Positions 1 through 10,079 of a stretch of 39,066 bases of DNA are shown here, piece after piece (within the stretch, counting starts at the first letter, position 1; the number at the start of each line of letters is the position of its first letter). Under the pieces are notes generated by a model that saw only the letters and a list, made by a program, of their open reading frames with translations, did no database searches and had not been told where the DNA came from. The DNA lies in NCBI GenBank assembly GCA_036165695.1, contig JAYZIH010000019.1, positions 1-39,066 of the forward strand. Direction: 5' to 3'. This DNA comes from Pseudomonadota bacterium (lineage in GTDB: Bacteria; Pseudomonadota; Gammaproteobacteria; Poriferisulfidales; GCA-002705445). A program made the translations under genes and the position numbers.

Positions 1-196
1 ATTTAGTTATATTTTTAAGAACATATAAAGTCGAGCAGTAAGGACATTTTATTTCTTTATCTTTGGAATCTTCTATTGGGAGAAAAACTTTTGGATGAGA
101 CTGGTCCATATAATTTTCTCTTGGGCAGGATAGTGGTAGGTCACTTTTACCTATCGTTATTATACTAGATTTTATTTTTTCATCGGAATCGCCCAT
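1..196 (-). CDS. zf-CHCC-type zinc-finger protein (partial, C-terminus beyond window edge)
   Basis: Not in the ORF track. Reverse-strand ATG at 196-194, then 65 codons open to position 1: MGDSDEKIKSSIITIGKSDLPLSCPRENYMDQSHPKVFLPIEDSKDKEIKCPYCSTLYVLKNITK. The LxCP...HPxVFL...CPYC pattern resembles the small bacterial zf-CHCC (NDUFS6-like) family. It lies 7 nt downstream of the ilvE stop on the same strand. Confidence 0.45.
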   Translation of the reverse strand, partial: MGDSDEKIKSSIITIGKSDLPLSCPRENYMDQSHPKVFLPIEDSKDKEIKCPYCSTLYVLKNITK

Positions 197-203
197 TTCG
201 GCT

Positions 204-1124
204 TTATACAATAGTTAACCAGCTAGAATATTTTTCAGATTTACCGTTTACAATATTAAAAAATAGTTCTTGAAGTTCTTTAGTAACTGGCCCTCTTTTT
301 CCACTACCTATTTTTTTTCCATCGAGTTCTCTGATTGGAGTAACTTCTGCTGCAGTTCCAGTGAAGAACGCCTCATCAGCTATATAAACTTCATCCCTTG
401 TGATTGGTTTTGAAATAACATTCATTCCCTTGTCACCAGCAATTTTAATAACTGTTCTTCTGGTAATGCCATCAAGTGCAGATGTAAGTTCTGGAGTATA
501 AATTACACCTTTACTAACAATAAAAAGATTTTCACCACTTCCCTCTGAAACATATCCACTTGGATCAAGAAGTAGTGCTTCATCATAACCGCAATCAAGA
601 GCTTCCTGAAGAGCAACCATTGAATTAATATAATTACCATTTGCTTTTGCTTTGCACATAGTAGAATTTATATATTGTTTTGAGTACGAAGATGTTTTTA
701 CTCTTATTCCATTATTTAAATTATCTTCGCTAAAATAAGAACCCCATTCCCAAGCAGCTACAATTAGATGTTCTTTTAGATTATCAGCCCTTAGACCCAT
801 TCCTTCAGCTCCATAAAAACACATAGGTCTAATATAACCAGATTTTAGGTTATTTTTTTTAACAACAATTTTTTGTGCCTCGATAATTTCTTCGTAGGTG
901 TAAGGAATTTTCATCCCTAATATTTTTGTTGAGTTTATTAGTCTTTCTGTATGCTCTTCTAGTCTAAAAATACTAGTCCCTTTTGAAGTTTTATAGGCTC
1001 TTACACCTTCAAATGCTCCCATTCCATAGTGTAGTGTATGAGTAAGAACATGAACCTTAGCATCTCTCCAAGGCACCATTTCTCCATCAAACCATATATA
1101 ACCGTCTTTATCCGATATAGACAT
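204..1124 (-). CDS. ilvE: branched-chain amino acid aminotransferase (class IV PLP enzyme)
   Basis: The 306 aa ORF matches the IlvE length and carries family-typical segments (GMGAFEGVRAY, YIRP, EGSGENLF, GITR). Confidence 0.9.
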   Translation of the reverse strand: MSISDKDGYIWFDGEMVPWRDAKVHVLTHTLHYGMGAFEGVRAYKTSKGTSIFRLEEHTERLINSTKILGMKIPYTYEEIIEAQKIVVKKNNLKSGYIRPMCFYGAEGMGLRADNLKEHLIVAAWEWGSYFSEDNLNNGIRVKTSSYSKQYINSTMCKAKANGNYINSMVALQEALDCGYDEALLLDPSGYVSEGSGENLFIVSKGVIYTPELTSALDGITRRTVIKIAGDKGMNVISKPITRDEVYIADEAFFTGTAAEVTPIRELDGKKIGSGKRGPVTKELQELFFNIVNGKSEKYSSWLTIV

Positions 1125-1149
1125 ATATAACCTTTCGTTAATTGCAAAT

Positions 1150-1168
1150 GTAAATGAGAAGTATTATC
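1150..1168. promoter_or_regulatory. candidate Fur box upstream of the iron ABC transporter
   Basis: GTAAATGAGAAGTATTATC matches the 19-bp Fur consensus GATAATGATAATCATTATC at 14/19 positions (counted by hand). It sits 59 nt upstream of the ATG at 1227, in the divergent ilvE/transporter intergenic region. Confidence 0.35.
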
Positions 1169-1226
1169 ATGTACTGCTCAGTACAGAGTCTATTATATTT
1201 GATTTTCTCAATGAAAAGGAGGAAAA

Positions 1227-2276
1227 ATGTTAAAGAAAATGGATTATCTTGGTAAGTATTTCCTCACTCTTTTGTTGGTTATTTCATTTTGCTCAGCTCT
1301 ATTTGCTCATCAGCACAAGTCTAGCGCTGGGGAAGTTAGTGTTTTTTCAGGTAGAAAGGAGGCTTTAATTAAGCCTTTGCTTGACAAATTTTCTGAGTCT
1401 AGCGGTATTAAAGTAAATTTAATAACAGCTAAATCTGCAAGTTTATTGAAGAGATTAGAATTAGAAGGTCCGAATACAACTGCAGATGTTTTAATTACTA
1501 GTGACGTTGGTAGGTTACATATTGGAGTTGAGAAAGATCTTTTTGGGAAAATTGATAATAATATAGTTTCTTTAGTTCCTAAAGGATACGCTGATAAAGA
1601 TTTATATTGGGTAGGTCTATCTAAACGGATAAGGTCCATAGTTTACTCCAAGGAAAAAGTTGACCCAAAGGAACTATCTAATATTGAGGACTTAAGTTCG
1701 CCAAAATGGAAAGGGAAGATTTGTGTTAGATCATCAAATAATATCTATAATCAATCTTTAGTTGCTTCTTATATTTATCTATATGGAGAAAAGAGGGCTT
1801 TAGAGATTGTTCAAGGCTTAGTTAACAATTTTGCTAAGAAGCCATCAGGAAATGACAGAGCTCAAGTTAAAAGTATTGCTAAAGGTGAGTGCACGATTGC
1901 TATAGTAAATCATTACTATTACGCAAGAATGTTACTTTCAAAAGATAAAGACCAGAAGGAAGCTGCCGAGAAAACAGATATTTTCTTTTTAAATCAAAAT
2001 TCGCAAGGTTCACATACTAATATTAGTGGGATAGGGCTATCAAAATTTTCAAAGAACCGCGATAATGCACAAAAGTTAATAAGTTTTTTATTAAATAATG
2101 ACTCACAATTATGGTATGCTAAAGTTAATAATGAGTATCCAGTTATGAATGATATAAAAACAACTAACTTATTAGAGGGCTGGGGTGATATAAAGCTTGA
2201 TTATAAAAGTATACCCTATTTAGGAAGATTAAACGCTCAAGCTGTTAAACTTATGGACAAAGTTGGTTGGAGATAG
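1227..2276 (+). CDS. Fe(III)-type ABC transporter periplasmic substrate-binding protein (FbpA/AfuA/IdiA-like)
   Basis: 349 aa with an N-terminal signal-like hydrophobic segment (LTLLLVISFCSALFA). The family-typical NHYYYA tyrosine cluster is present. SD AAGGAGG lies upstream, and matching permease and ATPase genes follow. Confidence 0.8.
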   Translation: MLKKMDYLGKYFLTLLLVISFCSALFAHQHKSSAGEVSVFSGRKEALIKPLLDKFSESSGIKVNLITAKSASLLKRLELEGPNTTADVLITSDVGRLHIGVEKDLFGKIDNNIVSLVPKGYADKDLYWVGLSKRIRSIVYSKEKVDPKELSNIEDLSSPKWKGKICVRSSNNIYNQSLVASYIYLYGEKRALEIVQGLVNNFAKKPSGNDRAQVKSIAKGECTIAIVNHYYYARMLLSKDKDQKEAAEKTDIFFLNQNSQGSHTNISGIGLSKFSKNRDNAQKLISFLLNNDSQLWYAKVNNEYPVMNDIKTTNLLEGWGDIKLDYKSIPYLGRLNAQAVKLMDKVGWR

Positions 2277-2300
2277 AATAAAATTGCTTGGAGTGTAGCT

Positions 2301-3866
2301 TTGCATCTTAATAGGTTATCTTTATTTATTATAATAGTCTTTGTATTGCCTATTTTTGCACTCTTATCATCTGCTTTTTTCCCTTATGGTGATAATCTTT
2401 ATCATATATATGACACAGTTTTATATGATTACTTTTTTAATTCTCTATCCTTGGCTATTGGAGTCGCGTTTATTACCTTTTTATTAGGTGGTTCTACTGC
2501 ATTTCTAACTTCTATGTATAATTTTCCTTTAAGAAGGTTGATTACAGTAATGTTAATTTTACCACTAGCTATACCTCCATATATTAATGCAATTACTTAT
2601 TCAGGTATTCTTGAAAATTACTCTGCCATAGATATACATAACTTATTTGGATCAGTTTTGATGATTTCTTTTGTCGTATATCCATATGTATATTTATTAG
2701 CTAGAGGTGCATTTATAGAGCAGTCTCGAGAAATATATGAAAACTCCCAGGTTTTAGGCGTTACTAACGCTAAAATGTTTTTTAAAGTATCTCTTCCACT
2801 TGCTAGGCCAGCAATAATACTTGGCGTCACTTTGTCAGCAATGGAAGCATTAGCAGATTATGGGACTGTTGAATTTTTAGGTGTTGCAACTTTTACTACT
2901 GGAATATTTAGAACTTGGATTGGGATGGGTGACACAATTTCAGCTGCACAAATGGCTACGTTCTTTTTAACTATAGTTTTTATATTTGTTTTAATAGAAC
3001 AAAATACAAGAAGGAAGATTAAATATGCAGAAAGCACAAAGCACCGAAGAAAATTTAACAGAATCTCGGTCCCTAAACATATTGGATTTATTTTCCTTAT
3101 AATTTGCTTAATACCTCTATTATTTGGTTTTTTAATACCATTCTTTCAGTTATTATTCTGGGCTTTTTTTAAGTCAGATGTATTTAGTAAAAATGAACTT
3201 TGGGATATAACTTTCAATTCTCTATCTTTAGCTACCATTGGATCTGTGATAATAGTTTTAATATCATTACTTTTTACATATTCACAGAGATTAAATCCAA
3301 CATTATTCTTAAATAGAATGTTAAAGGTTATGACTATGGGTTACGCAATTCCCGGCCCTGTAATCGCAATTGCTGTTTTAGTCCCATTTTCTTACTTAGA
3401 TGGTTTTCTAAACAATATTTCAAATAATTATTTTAATTTTGATATCGGTTTAATATTTAGTGGAACATTTTTTGTTTTAATATTTGCCTATTGTTTAAGA
3501 TTTTCTACTATATCAATTAGGTCATTAACTGATGGTTTTGGGAAGATAAATTATAGTATTGATGAGACAGCTAGACTAATGGGAATAAGCGAAAGGAAGA
3601 TATTAAAATCTTTACATATTCCTTTACTTGGGACTCCCTTACTTACTAGCTTTTTGATTGTTTTTGTGGATATTATGAAAGAGCTGCCACTTACCTCTGT
3701 TTTAAGGCCTTTTAATTTTAATACTTTATCAGTCAAGGCATTTGAGCTTGCATCGGATGAGTTAATTATAGATGCATCTGGGGCTTCTATAATGATTGTT
3801 TTTGCTGGGATAATACCAATCATCTTTATTATGAAAAACATATACGGGAAAAGAAATCTGTTATAA
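2301..3866 (+). CDS. iron ABC transporter permease, duplicated two-module type (FbpB/AfuB-like)
   Basis: 521 aa, very hydrophobic, with two tandem binding-protein-dependent permease modules. TTG start. Sits between the SBP and ATPase genes. Confidence 0.8.
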   Translation: MHLNRLSLFIIIVFVLPIFALLSSAFFPYGDNLYHIYDTVLYDYFFNSLSLAIGVAFITFLLGGSTAFLTSMYNFPLRRLITVMLILPLAIPPYINAITYSGILENYSAIDIHNLFGSVLMISFVVYPYVYLLARGAFIEQSREIYENSQVLGVTNAKMFFKVSLPLARPAIILGVTLSAMEALADYGTVEFLGVATFTTGIFRTWIGMGDTISAAQMATFFLTIVFIFVLIEQNTRRKIKYAESTKHRRKFNRISVPKHIGFIFLIICLIPLLFGFLIPFFQLLFWAFFKSDVFSKNELWDITFNSLSLATIGSVIIVLISLLFTYSQRLNPTLFLNRMLKVMTMGYAIPGPVIAIAVLVPFSYLDGFLNNISNNYFNFDIGLIFSGTFFVLIFAYCLRFSTISIRSLTDGFGKINYSIDETARLMGISERKILKSLHIPLLGTPLLTSFLIVFVDIMKELPLTSVLRPFNFNTLSVKAFELASDELIIDASGASIMIVFAGIIPIIFIMKNIYGKRNLL

Positions 3867-3875
3867 CATTTCTAT

Positions 3876-4928
3876 ATGAATAAAAGATTAGTTATTTCTG
3901 ATTTAGCTATGGCTTATAGCAGAGATGGAAAAGGTTTCTCATTAAAAAATATTAATTTTGATTTAGGAGACTCTGAAATCGGTTGTTTTTTAGGGCCAAG
4001 TGGATGTGGAAAAACCTCCCTTCTAAGAGCTGTTGCTGGCCTTGAACCAATCTCTGAGGGCTCTATACTTTCTAATGGACTATGTATTTCTACTGCTAGT
4101 TCAGTTCTCCCAGCTAGTAAGAGAAAAATAGCGATGGTCTTTCAAGATTATGCTTTATTTCCAAATCTGACAATAGAGAAGAATATAGTATTTGGACTTG
4201 ATAAGTTAACAAAGGAAGAAAAATTTAATAAAGTTGAATCTCTGCTATCCCTTGTGAATATGGAAAAGTATAGGAATTCTTATCCTCACGAACTTTCTGG
4301 TGGAGAACAACAAAGAGTTGCTTTAATTCGTGCACTTGCTACTTCTCCAGATATATTACTTCTAGATGAGCCATTTTCAAGTTTAGATGTTGAAATTAAA
4401 GAAAGTCTTATAAAGGATGTAAAAGAATTATTAAAGAATTTTTCAATTGCTTCAATAATTGTTACACATGATCAGTTTGAAGCATTTTCTATTGCAGATA
4501 AAATTGCTGTTATAAATAATGGAGAAATTCTTCAGACAGGAACAGCATATGAAATTTATCATGAACCTAGTACAAAATTCGTTGCTGATTTCGTGGGCTT
4601 AGGAACTTTTCTACCAGCCAAGCTTGAAGGTAAAGATACTCTAAACACACCTTTAGGTTTAATAAAAAATTTTTCAAGACAAAATTTTAAAGAGTCAGAT
4701 GATTTAGAGATTTTAATTAGACCGGATGATATTATTCATGATGATACAAGCAAAATGAAAGCTGTTGTAGTAGATAAACATTTTAGAGGTGCGGAATTCT
4801 TATATGAATTAAAATATAAACAAAAATTCCCCCTTTTATGCTATGCATTAAGTCACCATGACCATAAACTTGGAGAATCTATTGGGATAGAAGTAGATTG
4901 TGAACATTGCGTAGTTTTTAAAAAATGA
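3876..4928 (+). CDS. ABC transporter ATP-binding protein (FbpC/AfuC-like)
   Basis: Walker [13 protein letters not shown] signature LSGGEQQRV and Walker B LLLDEP are all present. The 350 aa length includes a C-terminal regulatory-type extension. Confidence 0.85.
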   Translation: MNKRLVISDLAMAYSRDGKGFSLKNINFDLGDSEIGCFLGPSGCGKTSLLRAVAGLEPISEGSILSNGLCISTASSVLPASKRKIAMVFQDYALFPNLTIEKNIVFGLDKLTKEEKFNKVESLLSLVNMEKYRNSYPHELSGGEQQRVALIRALATSPDILLLDEPFSSLDVEIKESLIKDVKELLKNFSIASIIVTHDQFEAFSIADKIAVINNGEILQTGTAYEIYHEPSTKFVADFVGLGTFLPAKLEGKDTLNTPLGLIKNFSRQNFKESDDLEILIRPDDIIHDDTSKMKAVVVDKHFRGAEFLYELKYKQKFPLLCYALSHHDHKLGESIGIEVDCEHCVVFKK

Positions 4929-4935
4929 GAAGGTA

Positions 4936-6603
4936 ATGAGTAGAAAATATTCAAAAAAAATAGTAACTGGTTTTGATCGTGCACCTAGTAGAGCGATGTT
5001 AAGGGGTGTAGGTTTTAAAGATAAAGATTTTCTAATACCACAAGTTGGCGTAGCATCAACGTGGAGCCAAGTCACCCCTTGCAATACTCATATTGATGAG
5101 CTTTCGAGACATGTTGAATTAGGTTTAAAAAATAATAAATTGAAGCCAGTTATTTTTAATACAATAACTATATCTGACGGAATCTCAATGGGAACTGAAG
5201 GGATGAAGTTTTCTTTAGTTTCTAGGGAAGTTATAGCTGATTCTATTGAAACTGTCGCAGGGTGCGAAGGTTTTGATGGCTTAATTGCTATCGGAGGATG
5301 TGATAAAAACATGCCCGGCTGCATGATTGCGTTATCAAGACTTAATAGACCTTCTATCTTTATATACGGCGGAACTATTATGCCTGGAAAGCATAAGAAC
5401 AAAAATATTGATATAGTTTCTGTTTTTGAAGCTGTAGGGCAATATTCAAAAAAAGAGATTACAAGTGATGATTTAAAACAAATTGAGAAAAGAGCTATAC
5501 CTGGGCCAGGTTCATGTGGAGGAATGTACACGGCAAATACTATGGCTTCAGCTATTGAAGCGCTAGGAATGAGTTTGCCAGGTAGTTCATCTCAAGCTGC
5601 TATTTCTAAATCAAAAGTTTTAGATTGTAGAAAATCTGCTAAAGCATTAAAGAATTTATTAAGAAATGATATTAAACCATCCGATATTATGACGAGAAAG
5701 GCATTTTTAAATGCAATAACAGTGGTTATTAGCTTAGGCGGATCAACAAATGCTGTTTTACATTTATTGGCAATGGCAAAAGCAATGGATGTAAAACTTA
5801 ACCTAGACGACTTTACTAGCATTGGTAAGAAAGTTCCAGTATTAGCTGACTTAAGACCAAGTGGAAAATATATGATGTCAGAACTCATTAAGATTGGAGG
5901 TATACAGCCTTTAATGAAGATGCTTCTAGATAAGAAGTTAATTTATGGAGAATGTTTGACAGTAACTGGAAAAACAATCGCACAGAATTTAAAGAATATA
6001 AAAAAATATAGGAATGGACAAAAAATTATTAGGAATTTTGATAATCCAATAAAGAAAGATAGTCATCTAGTAATTTTATATGGGAATTTAGCCCCAGAAG
6101 GAGCAGTTGCAAAAATATCTGGAAAAGAAGGGCTTAGTTTTACAGGAAAGGCAATAGTTTTTAATTCTGAAGAGTCTGCTATGGAGGCTATTCTTAATAA
6201 TAAAATTAAGAAGGGACATGTAATTGTAGTTAGGTATGAAGGTCCAAAAGGTGGTCCGGGCATGAGAGAAATGCTTGGTCCAACAAGTGCTATCATGGGT
6301 AAAGGGCTAGGAAAAGATGTTGCTTTTATAACTGATGGAAGATTTTCTGGTGGAAGTCATGGTTTTGTTATAGGACATGTTTCTCCTGAGGCAGCCGTAG
6401 GAGGGAATATTTCAATCATTAAAAATGGTGACCAAATAAGAATTGATGCGAATAAAAGAAAAATTTCTTTACTTATTCCTTCTTCAGAGATTAAAAAACG
6501 TCTAAAGGGAAAATCTAAATTTAAGTCAAAACATAAAACTGGCACCTTAGCTAAGTATGCGAAACTTGTTGGCTCCGCGTCAGAAGGAGCCGTTACTGAT
6601 TAA
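4936..6603 (+). CDS. ilvD: dihydroxy-acid dehydratase
   Basis: 555 aa with IlvD/Edd signatures ([27 protein letters not shown]). Confidence 0.95.
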   Translation: MSRKYSKKIVTGFDRAPSRAMLRGVGFKDKDFLIPQVGVASTWSQVTPCNTHIDELSRHVELGLKNNKLKPVIFNTITISDGISMGTEGMKFSLVSREVIADSIETVAGCEGFDGLIAIGGCDKNMPGCMIALSRLNRPSIFIYGGTIMPGKHKNKNIDIVSVFEAVGQYSKKEITSDDLKQIEKRAIPGPGSCGGMYTANTMASAIEALGMSLPGSSSQAAISKSKVLDCRKSAKALKNLLRNDIKPSDIMTRKAFLNAITVVISLGGSTNAVLHLLAMAKAMDVKLNLDDFTSIGKKVPVLADLRPSGKYMMSELIKIGGIQPLMKMLLDKKLIYGECLTVTGKTIAQNLKNIKKYRNGQKIIRNFDNPIKKDSHLVILYGNLAPEGAVAKISGKEGLSFTGKAIVFNSEESAMEAILNNKIKKGHVIVVRYEGPKGGPGMREMLGPTSAIMGKGLGKDVAFITDGRFSGGSHGFVIGHVSPEAAVGGNISIIKNGDQIRIDANKRKISLLIPSSEIKKRLKGKSKFKSKHKTGTLAKYAKLVGSASEGAVTD

Positions 6604-6605
6604 TT

Positions 6606-6845
6606 TTAGTTAGGTTTAAAACTAAAATTTCCTGTAAGTACCCAACGTAAAAGTATATATAGAGGAAAAATAACTAATGCTGCAAGAGCAATAGTTTTGT
6701 GATTATAATCGATATAGTTTGCTAAGATCCCAAAAAAAGAGCGACCTTTCATATATACATACACTATGTTTAAAGGATGTAGAAGAAAAAGTAATAATGT
6801 AATTGCGTATAGTAGTCTATTAATTTTTTGATAAAATCCGCTCAT
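6606..6845 (-). CDS. hypothetical small membrane protein
   Basis: 79 aa ORF with two hydrophobic stretches, downstream of the 2H phosphoesterase gene on the same strand. No recognisable family. Confidence 0.3.
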   Translation of the reverse strand: MSGFYQKINRLLYAITLLLFLLHPLNIVYVYMKGRSFFGILANYIDYNHKTIALAALVIFPLYILLRWVLTGNFSFKPN

Positions 6846-6857
6846 ATTTTTAATATA

Positions 6858-7355
6858 TTAAAATTTATGTTCATTTAATGTTTCATACCAAGGAAAGGCA
6901 CCCTTATGCTCTTCATTACTATGTAATTCTACAACACAAGCCTTCTCAAATTCAATTATCTCTGGAAACCCGCTTACTTCCTTACTTATTTCCCTCTTTT
7001 TTTGCAGAGAAGTTTTAATATAAAGTAAACTTAAATGAGGATTAAATATATACTCATCGTTTGGAAAGTTTTCCTTTGCAATATTATTAAGTGCACCAAG
7101 ATGGGAATTCATTGCTATATCAAGAAAAATACTTTTAAAATATGCTTCTGTAGAGCATACTCCTTTAATAATGACAGATAGTCCTGTTATATTTTTAAAT
7201 ATATTTCTAAGCTTTATGTCTTGCATCTTATCAAAAGTATGAAGTGTTACATGTGGAGTAAATTTAACTGCATCGTATCTCTTAACAAGACTATCTATAG
7301 TTGAACATAGAAACTTATTATCATCTTTAGGTATTAGCCATATTGCGTATTTCAT
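6858..7355 (-). CDS. 2H phosphoesterase superfamily protein (2'-5' RNA ligase/cyclic phosphodiesterase-like)
   Basis: Two H-x-T/S-x motifs at the expected spacing: FTPHVTLHT and FNPHLSLLY. 165 aa. Overlaps the upstream hydrolase gene by 4 nt. Confidence 0.6.
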   Translation of the reverse strand: MKYAIWLIPKDDNKFLCSTIDSLVKRYDAVKFTPHVTLHTFDKMQDIKLRNIFKNITGLSVIIKGVCSTEAYFKSIFLDIAMNSHLGALNNIAKENFPNDEYIFNPHLSLLYIKTSLQKKREISKEVSGFPEIIEFEKACVVELHSNEEHKGAFPWYETLNEHKF

Positions 7356-8218
7356 AAATTTTCACTAATCTTCTTAAAAACTACATCCATATTTTTATAG
7401 AACCAATGATGTCCAGAATCTGGCATTAAGAATTTATTTGCTGACGGCAACTTAGTTTCATAATAATTTGCCATTTCATGAGGCACAGTTGGGTCATCTA
7501 ATCCATGCCATATATTTATCGGAATATTATTGTTAGAATCAATACTATAATCCCAATTACTTAAAAATAATTCTATATCAAGTTGAATTCCCTTAATACC
7601 ACTTTCAAAAGCTGATAAACTTGATTTAATCAAGGACTCTCTAATTTTATCTTCTTTTAAAACATCCATATCCGTCTTTTTTGAATGTAAACAAAAAATT
7701 CTTAGTGAGAGATGTTTAAATCTTTTCCCATATTTAAAAATTATTAATAGCAGAAAACTAGCAAGAGTTTTATTTTTGCTAAATGTTTTTAAAATTAGTT
7801 TTTGAGGTTTTCCCATTTTCTTTATATTTGATTTGTTAATTGGAGCTAAGGCACTTACAAAGTTAGCATTTACTAGTAAGTGTGGAATATTTGCAAGACA
7901 TGCATATGCGAAAGGACCACCACCAGATACACCAATAACAGAAAATTTATTTATACCTAAAATCTCAGATAGCTCTTTAATATCTTTTGTATATTCCTTA
8001 ATATTTTTTAAATGTTTGTAACTAGATCTGCCAATACCAGGCCTATTTGGGCATATTAAAAGTATGTCATTTTTATTTGCAGCATCCTCTAAAGTTTCAA
8101 ACATAAAGAAAGAAGCTGGCGTACCATGGAGACATATTGTTGGATGACCTTTTTTGCTTCCATATATGCCATATGACAAATTCCTGCCATCACTTAGTTT
8201 TATTATTTTTTCTTCCAA
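7352..8218 (-). CDS. alpha/beta-fold hydrolase
   Basis: 288 aa with the nucleophile elbow GVSGGG (G-x-S-x-G), an HGTP oxyanion region near the N-terminus, and a C-terminal DSGHH histidine region. Confidence 0.75.
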   Translation of the reverse strand: MEEKIIKLSDGRNLSYGIYGSKKGHPTICLHGTPASFFMFETLEDAANKNDILLICPNRPGIGRSSYKHLKNIKEYTKDIKELSEILGINKFSVIGVSGGGPFAYACLANIPHLLVNANFVSALAPINKSNIKKMGKPQKLILKTFSKNKTLASFLLLIIFKYGKRFKHLSLRIFCLHSKKTDMDVLKEDKIRESLIKSSLSAFESGIKGIQLDIELFLSNWDYSIDSNNNIPINIWHGLDDPTVPHEMANYYETKLPSANKFLMPDSGHHWFYKNMDVVFKKISENL

Positions 8219-8234
8219 TTTTATTTTACAGAAA

Positions 8235-8672
8235 TTAAAAACCTGCTATCTCAAGTAGCTTCTTTGATTTTTCTATATCCTTCTCTACTAATTTTCCTTC
8301 TTCATAGATCATAGCAAGAGTAGTTAGTGAGCCTGCAAGTCCTTGCTCTGCAGCTTTTGTGAACCAATAAACCGCTTGCTCACCATTTTTTTCAACACAA
8401 TCACCTTCCATAAACATAAAACCTAAACCGTGTTGGGCTAGAGCATGACCATTCTCTGCAGCCTTTTTCATCCATTTGTATGCAAGAAGGGGGTTTTCTT
8501 TATTACCTAGACCATTCTGATACATTATTGCACATCTATGTTGTGCTTCAGTATTACCATCTTCTGCTAAAGGCGAAAGGAGCTGCATAGCTCTTGAAAA
8601 GTGTTTTGCCTCAAAAGCCTGTAAACCACTATTTAATTCAACATCTTTTTTTTTCACAATATTACTACCCAT
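8235..8672 (-). CDS. Sel1-repeat (TPR-like) protein
   Basis: 145 aa with three or four Sel1-type repeats (A..W..KAAE.G...AQ..LG.MY..G). Confidence 0.8.
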   Translation of the reverse strand: MGSNIVKKKDVELNSGLQAFEAKHFSRAMQLLSPLAEDGNTEAQHRCAIMYQNGLGNKENPLLAYKWMKKAAENGHALAQHGLGFMFMEGDCVEKNGEQAVYWFTKAAEQGLAGSLTTLAMIYEEGKLVEKDIEKSKKLLEIAGF

Positions 8673-8746
8673 TAGCTATATATATATTTAGACAAGTATA
8701 TGCATATAATATATCAATTGTAAATTTCTCATATGGGGGATTAATT

Positions 8747-9841
8747 TTGTCAAAGGACATATTGAGAAGCACTATTCAAAAAGTTGCAACTGGTCCCGAG
8801 TATAGTAAGGACATTGATGTCAAAGAAAGCTATGAAGCAATGCTAAACATACTCGATGAAAATGTTGACCCTGTTCAGGCAGCAATTTATTTAATTGCAT
8901 TACGCATGAAAAGAGAAACTTTGGATGAAAACACTGGATCACTTAAAGCTATTTTAGATAAATCTATTATTACAACTGTTGATGTTGATGAGATTGTTGA
9001 TTTAGCTGAACCTTATAATGGTTTTTCTAGAAATACTCCGGTATCACCTTTTTTACCAGCTATATTAGCATCGGTTGGATTGGCAACAGTAACTCATGGC
9101 GTAACGACTGTTGGACCTAAATTTGGATTAACTCATAGAAAAATACTAGAAAAACTTGGTGTTAACGTCAATAAGGACCCTAATGCAGTTAGTAAAGATC
9201 TTTGTACGCCTGAAATTTCTTGGGCATACATTGATCAAAGTAATTTCTGTAAATCTTTATATGGTTTGATTGATATGAGAACACGCATGGTCAAAAGAAC
9301 TGTAATTACAACTGTTGAAGTTTTAGTTGGCCCTATAAGAGGGAAAAACAAGACTCACTTAGTTACTGGGTACGTTCATCCAGCATACCCCCCAGTTTAT
9401 TTACATTTAGCAGATATATCAGGCTTTGATACAGCAACACTCATTAAAGGAGTTGAAGGTGGAATTACGCCTCCGTTAAGGCAAGATACAAAAGTATATA
9501 CATATAATAATGACAAAAAGCTAGAAATTGTCTTTAACCCAAAAGATATTGGAATAGAACAAAATGCTAGAGCCGTCCTATTACCAGAGCTTTCAAAAAA
9601 CTCTGCTTCGTTAGATGAAATATCTAGCGAAATTAATATTGAAGAATTTGCTGAAAAAGCTGCTTCAATAGGATATGAAGCATTAAATGGGAAAGATGGC
9701 ATCGCAAAAGACTCTCTAATTTATGCTAGTTCAATTATTTATAGCGTTGTTAGGTCAGTAAATTTTTCAGATTCGGCAAAGTTAATAAGAAAGTCGATAG
9801 ATAGCGGAAAAGCAAAAGAATTTTTTTCTAATGCGATATGA
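8747..9841 (+). CDS. TrpD2/YbiB-family protein (anthranilate phosphoribosyltransferase-like fold, probable nucleic-acid binding)
   Basis: Pattern similarity to E. coli YbiB as recalled: ALRMK.E, EPYNGFSRN compared with PSYNGARKQ, and VTHGV compared with VVHGV. The TrpD catalytic motifs GTGGD and KHGNR are absent. I moved the start to TTG 8747 (GGGGGA SD at 8735-8740) because the tracked ORF start at 8594 overlaps the opposite-strand Sel1 gene. Confidence 0.6.
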   Translation: MSKDILRSTIQKVATGPEYSKDIDVKESYEAMLNILDENVDPVQAAIYLIALRMKRETLDENTGSLKAILDKSIITTVDVDEIVDLAEPYNGFSRNTPVSPFLPAILASVGLATVTHGVTTVGPKFGLTHRKILEKLGVNVNKDPNAVSKDLCTPEISWAYIDQSNFCKSLYGLIDMRTRMVKRTVITTVEVLVGPIRGKNKTHLVTGYVHPAYPPVYLHLADISGFDTATLIKGVEGGITPPLRQDTKVYTYNNDKKLEIVFNPKDIGIEQNARAVLLPELSKNSASLDEISSEINIEEFAEKAASIGYEALNGKDGIAKDSLIYASSIIYSVVRSVNFSDSAKLIRKSIDSGKAKEFFSNAI

Positions 9842-9881
9842 TTTATAATCTAGATCAGTTTTTTTAAGTAAAGGGAGAAAA

Positions 9882-10076
9882 ATGGACGATATATATAGAG
9901 AAGCAACTACAAAAATGGAAGAGCTTGGTATTCAGGACGAATATATAATAGGATGGCAGGGAGGTTATTTAGGCCATCCTGAAAGAGAAGAAACAAGAGC
10001 CACTGATGCGTATGAAGCGGGTTACGAGGATGGAAAGAATAAAGACTTAAACAATCTTGATAAATGGAAAAAGTGA
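9882..10076 (+). CDS. hypothetical small acidic protein
   Basis: 64 aa ORF with SD-like AAGGGAG upstream. No recognisable family. Confidence 0.35.
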   Translation: MDDIYREATTKMEELGIQDEYIIGWQGGYLGHPEREETRATDAYEAGYEDGKNKDLNNLDKWKK

Positions 10077-10079
10077 TAT

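Noticed and set aside
1310-1639. Antisense ORFs inside well-supported genes. These include 1310-1639, 2618-2830, 3551-3841, 5088-5531, 5592-5888, 6063-6296, 9397-9702, 16082-16321, 20409-20666, 21970-22312, 22964-23164, 25024-25254, 26418-26716, 27503-27877, 28457-28654, 29573-29776, 30216-30428, 33885-34106 and 36557-36811.
   Set aside because: Each lies wholly within a gene with strong family signatures on the other strand and has no recognisable motifs, so I treated them as shadow ORFs.
8697-8708. 12 bp perfect palindrome TATATGCATATA upstream of the TrpD2-like gene, considered as an operator.
   Set aside because: It is a pure AT-rich palindrome overlapping a TATAAT-like hexamer in very AT-rich DNA, so chance occurrence is likely. 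It does not resemble the LexA box.
8594-8746. N-terminal 51 codons of the tracked ORF 8594-9841.
   Set aside because: They overlap the Sel1 gene on the opposite strand and encode a low-complexity sequence unlike any known family. A GGGGGA SD plus TTG at 8747 gives a YbiB-like N-terminus.
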